A stretch of DNA of 59,524 nucleotides from Defluviitaleaceae bacterium (lineage in GTDB: Bacteria > Bacillota > Clostridia > Lachnospirales > WRAA01), in NCBI GenBank assembly GCA_009780015.1, contig WRAW01000004.1, positions 1 through 59,524 on the forward strand. The letters are read 5' to 3'. The translations under genes were made by a program, and so were the position numbers. Positions 57,406-59,524 of the stretch are shown in pieces (within the stretch, counting starts at the first letter, position 1; each line of letters begins with the position of its first letter). The notes under the pieces were generated by a model that did no database searches, was not told the origin of the DNA, and saw nothing but the letters and a program-made list of their open reading frames with translations.

Positions 57406-59151
57406 TCAACTATTCGGCTCCGTTTCGTAATTCAATGGCAAAATAACCTCAGCAATTGTTCCGACATAAGGCTCGCTGCTGTAAATCAGATCGTACGAGT
57501 CTCCAAAAATAAGCTTGATGCGCTCCCGTATATTATATACGCCGATGTGGTTGTACCGGTTTTTGCTTATCATGCCGCTATTCACCTTCTGGATATGCTC
57601 CGGCGTCATGCCGGAACCATTATCAATCACCTTAATGTGGAGCGCCTCACCTTTGACAAATGAAGATATCCGCAAATGATAGCTTTCACCCACATCTTCA
57701 AATCCGTGTACAATACAGTTTTCCACCAGCGGCTGCAGTATGAAGCGCGGAACAACACAGCGCAAAGTATTCGGATCCAGCTTTTCAGAATAGTCGAAAT
57801 TGTCAGAATAGCGAAACCGCTGAATTTTAACATAATGCCTGACGCTCTCCAACTCGTCCTGCAGCGTGGCGTTTTCGTCAGGCTGCGCCAGGTTGTATTT
57901 AAGAAGGCCCACAAGCGCCTGACTCATCTCCGCGATGTTGTTGGCATTTTGCATGACTGCCAGCCACCTGATAGAGTCCAGTGTGTTATACAGGAAATGC
58001 GGGTTAACCTGAGCCTGCAATATTTGCAGTTCCATCTCCGTTCTTCTCTTCTGGTTTAAAATCTCCTGCTCAAGAGACTGATGAAGCTGAGAAACCATGG
58101 CGTTAAAAGTCTTTCCAAGATCGCCCAGTTCATCGTAAGAGTTAATAGTCACCTGTGTCTCAAAATCGCCTGACTCCACACGCTTACACGCGGATACGAG
58201 ATTGCGCAAGGGCTTTGTAATAAACCTGGAAAACCACAGGCTGTATATAAGGCCAACCAATAAACTCACCACAAGCATGTTTGTCAGGATTGCGTCAAGC
58301 CGGCGCGTTTCCTCCGTAACGCGCTGCAAGTCGATAAGGCGGATAATGTGCCAATTATTCATGGCGATTCGCTCGGATACAATTAAGGTATCCAAGCCGT
58401 GCACAACGGCCTCTTTTTGAAAATGGCTCGTTTGCAGCACTTCGGGATGCTGATCCAAAAACGGCCTGTATGATATGTGAAAAGGGAACTGGAAAATTAT
58501 CTGCCCCGCACCGTTTACGATCAGCGCACGCTCGTTGGCGCGAATAGCCGAAGACATCAAATGCCTGTTCAAAAAGCCATAGTCGATATCAAGCGCCGCA
58601 AGACCCACTATCCTTCGCGGGTTTGTCATAAAAATAGGCATAATATACGACTGCCGATTGTCAATGCCTTCGCTCCAGAACTCAATTCCCGCCCCCCCGG
58701 CAGATTTTTCGATATACGGCGCATAGCGCGCGATCAGTTGTTGCTCATCCGTAATCTGCGCGCCGGAGAGGATTGTATCGCCAACCGTAATCAAATGAAT
58801 ATTCGCTATGAATGTGTGCATCTCCAGCGTACGGCTCAGAAGGTTCTTTACGGAATACAGATTATATTCATCCTTGTAAATATCGCGTTCAACCTCCAAA
58901 AGCAACTGCCGGACATTTTCGTTATTGGAAAGAGAAGACGTGGTGGTTCTTAATAGAGTCGTGACAAAGTCAAGCTGCAGCTTAATTTCATTGCTCGTAA
59001 GCAAGTTGAAGGTTATTTCGTTTGTCTTCAGCACCTCCGCGTAGGTGTTGTTGATAAATACTCTGATAAGAATCCAAAAAAACATAATTAGTACAAAAAA
59101 ACCAACAAACAGCTTTACGCTCACAGGAAACATACCCTTTTTCAAATGCAT
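57406..59151 (-). CDS. YesM-like sensor histidine kinase
   Basis: HAMP domain, LQAQVNPHFLYNTL, LQPLVENC..HG and DNGSGM motifs. Confidence 0.93.
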   Translation of the reverse strand: MHLKKGMFPVSVKLFVGFFVLIMFFWILIRVFINNTYAEVLKTNEITFNLLTSNEIKLQLDFVTTLLRTTTSSLSNNENVRQLLLEVERDIYKDEYNLYSVKNLLSRTLEMHTFIANIHLITVGDTILSGAQITDEQQLIARYAPYIEKSAGGAGIEFWSEGIDNRQSYIMPIFMTNPRRIVGLAALDIDYGFLNRHLMSSAIRANERALIVNGAGQIIFQFPFHISYRPFLDQHPEVLQTSHFQKEAVVHGLDTLIVSERIAMNNWHIIRLIDLQRVTEETRRLDAILTNMLVVSLLVGLIYSLWFSRFITKPLRNLVSACKRVESGDFETQVTINSYDELGDLGKTFNAMVSQLHQSLEQEILNQKRRTEMELQILQAQVNPHFLYNTLDSIRWLAVMQNANNIAEMSQALVGLLKYNLAQPDENATLQDELESVRHYVKIQRFRYSDNFDYSEKLDPNTLRCVVPRFILQPLVENCIVHGFEDVGESYHLRISSFVKGEALHIKVIDNGSGMTPEHIQKVNSGMISKNRYNHIGVYNIRERIKLIFGDSYDLIYSSEPYVGTIAEVILPLNYETEPNS

Positions 59152-59223
59152 CCCCCTTTTATAGAATTTTGACTCACACATAGCCCGAATTAACAAAAAC
59201 ATAGCTTCCATATAATTATTGGT

Positions 59224-59273
59224 AAGAGTCAAATAAAACCGCGTCCATGCAGGCGCGGTTTTATTTGACTCTT
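59224..59273. terminator. Perfect 20-bp inverted repeat (terminator or mini-element)
   Basis: AAGAGTCAAATAAAACCGCG-10 nt-CGCGGTTTTATTTGACTCTT. Confidence 0.55.
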
Positions 59274-59276
59274 GTA

Positions 59277-59326
59277 GGGCGTGTTCCCACTAAACAAAAT
59301 ACACTTTTGGCAGTGGGAACACACCC
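59277..59326. mobile_element. Miniature type-B element
   Basis: TA|GGGCGTGTTCCCACT ... AGTGGGAACACACCC|TA. Confidence 0.7.
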
Positions 59327-59383
59327 TAGCTATTTGAACCGAAAACAGCTATACCATTTAAGAGACCTCGGAGCCGGTTCTTA

Positions 59384-59524
59384 GAACCTGTATTCAATAA
59401 CGCTCAACGCCGTCTAGAAGGTCGATTTCCCGCCACCCGTCGTCAGCTCATCCGCCTACGCTGGCGCTTCGGATGCTAGACGTGTGCCACTGGCACACAG
59501 CATCCTAGCGTACCGCTACGGGTA
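59384..59524. mobile_element. Type-A element with cassette X, truncated by the window end
   Basis: TTA|GAACCTGTATTCAATA; cassette X at 59451-59502. Confidence 0.8.

Noticed and set aside
113-59524. CRISPR array suggested by recurring 30-50 bp palindromes
   Set aside because: The copies are dispersed inside TIR-bounded elements, are not regularly spaced with unique spacers, and there are no cas genes.

Overview
A chromosomal segment of a spore-forming clostridial Firmicute, inferred from yabP/yabQ/divIC, the yloU-fakA-recG block, prmC-prfA and sigma-A promoters. Content: rlmD-yhaM; a REC/HD-GYP phosphodiesterase with a 10-PAS hybrid kinase; rubrerythrin; tRNA-Glu(CTC) followed by a hicB-hicA pair; an envelope cluster (MBOAT plus SGNH partner, two DUF218 genes, HtrA); a divergent orphan flagellin-like gene; a VanR(B)/VanS(B)-like two-component pair with no van resistance genes; three tandem XRE repressors; and a polyol (probably tetritol/pentitol) ABC uptake and catabolism cluster under a YesMN-like system. 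Most notable observations: (1) about 18 copies of a modular palindromic MITE-like family that shares an internal core but has several kinds of terminal inverted repeat and two optional internal cassettes; copies nest in each other, abut stop codons, host an IS30 and disrupt one gene; (2) the XRE array, in which each repressor has its own distinct operator and promoter unit; (3) a regulator box shared at identical spacing by the vanR-like and htrA promoters. All calls were made by eye; no database searches were run, and similarities to named proteins or elements are from memory.
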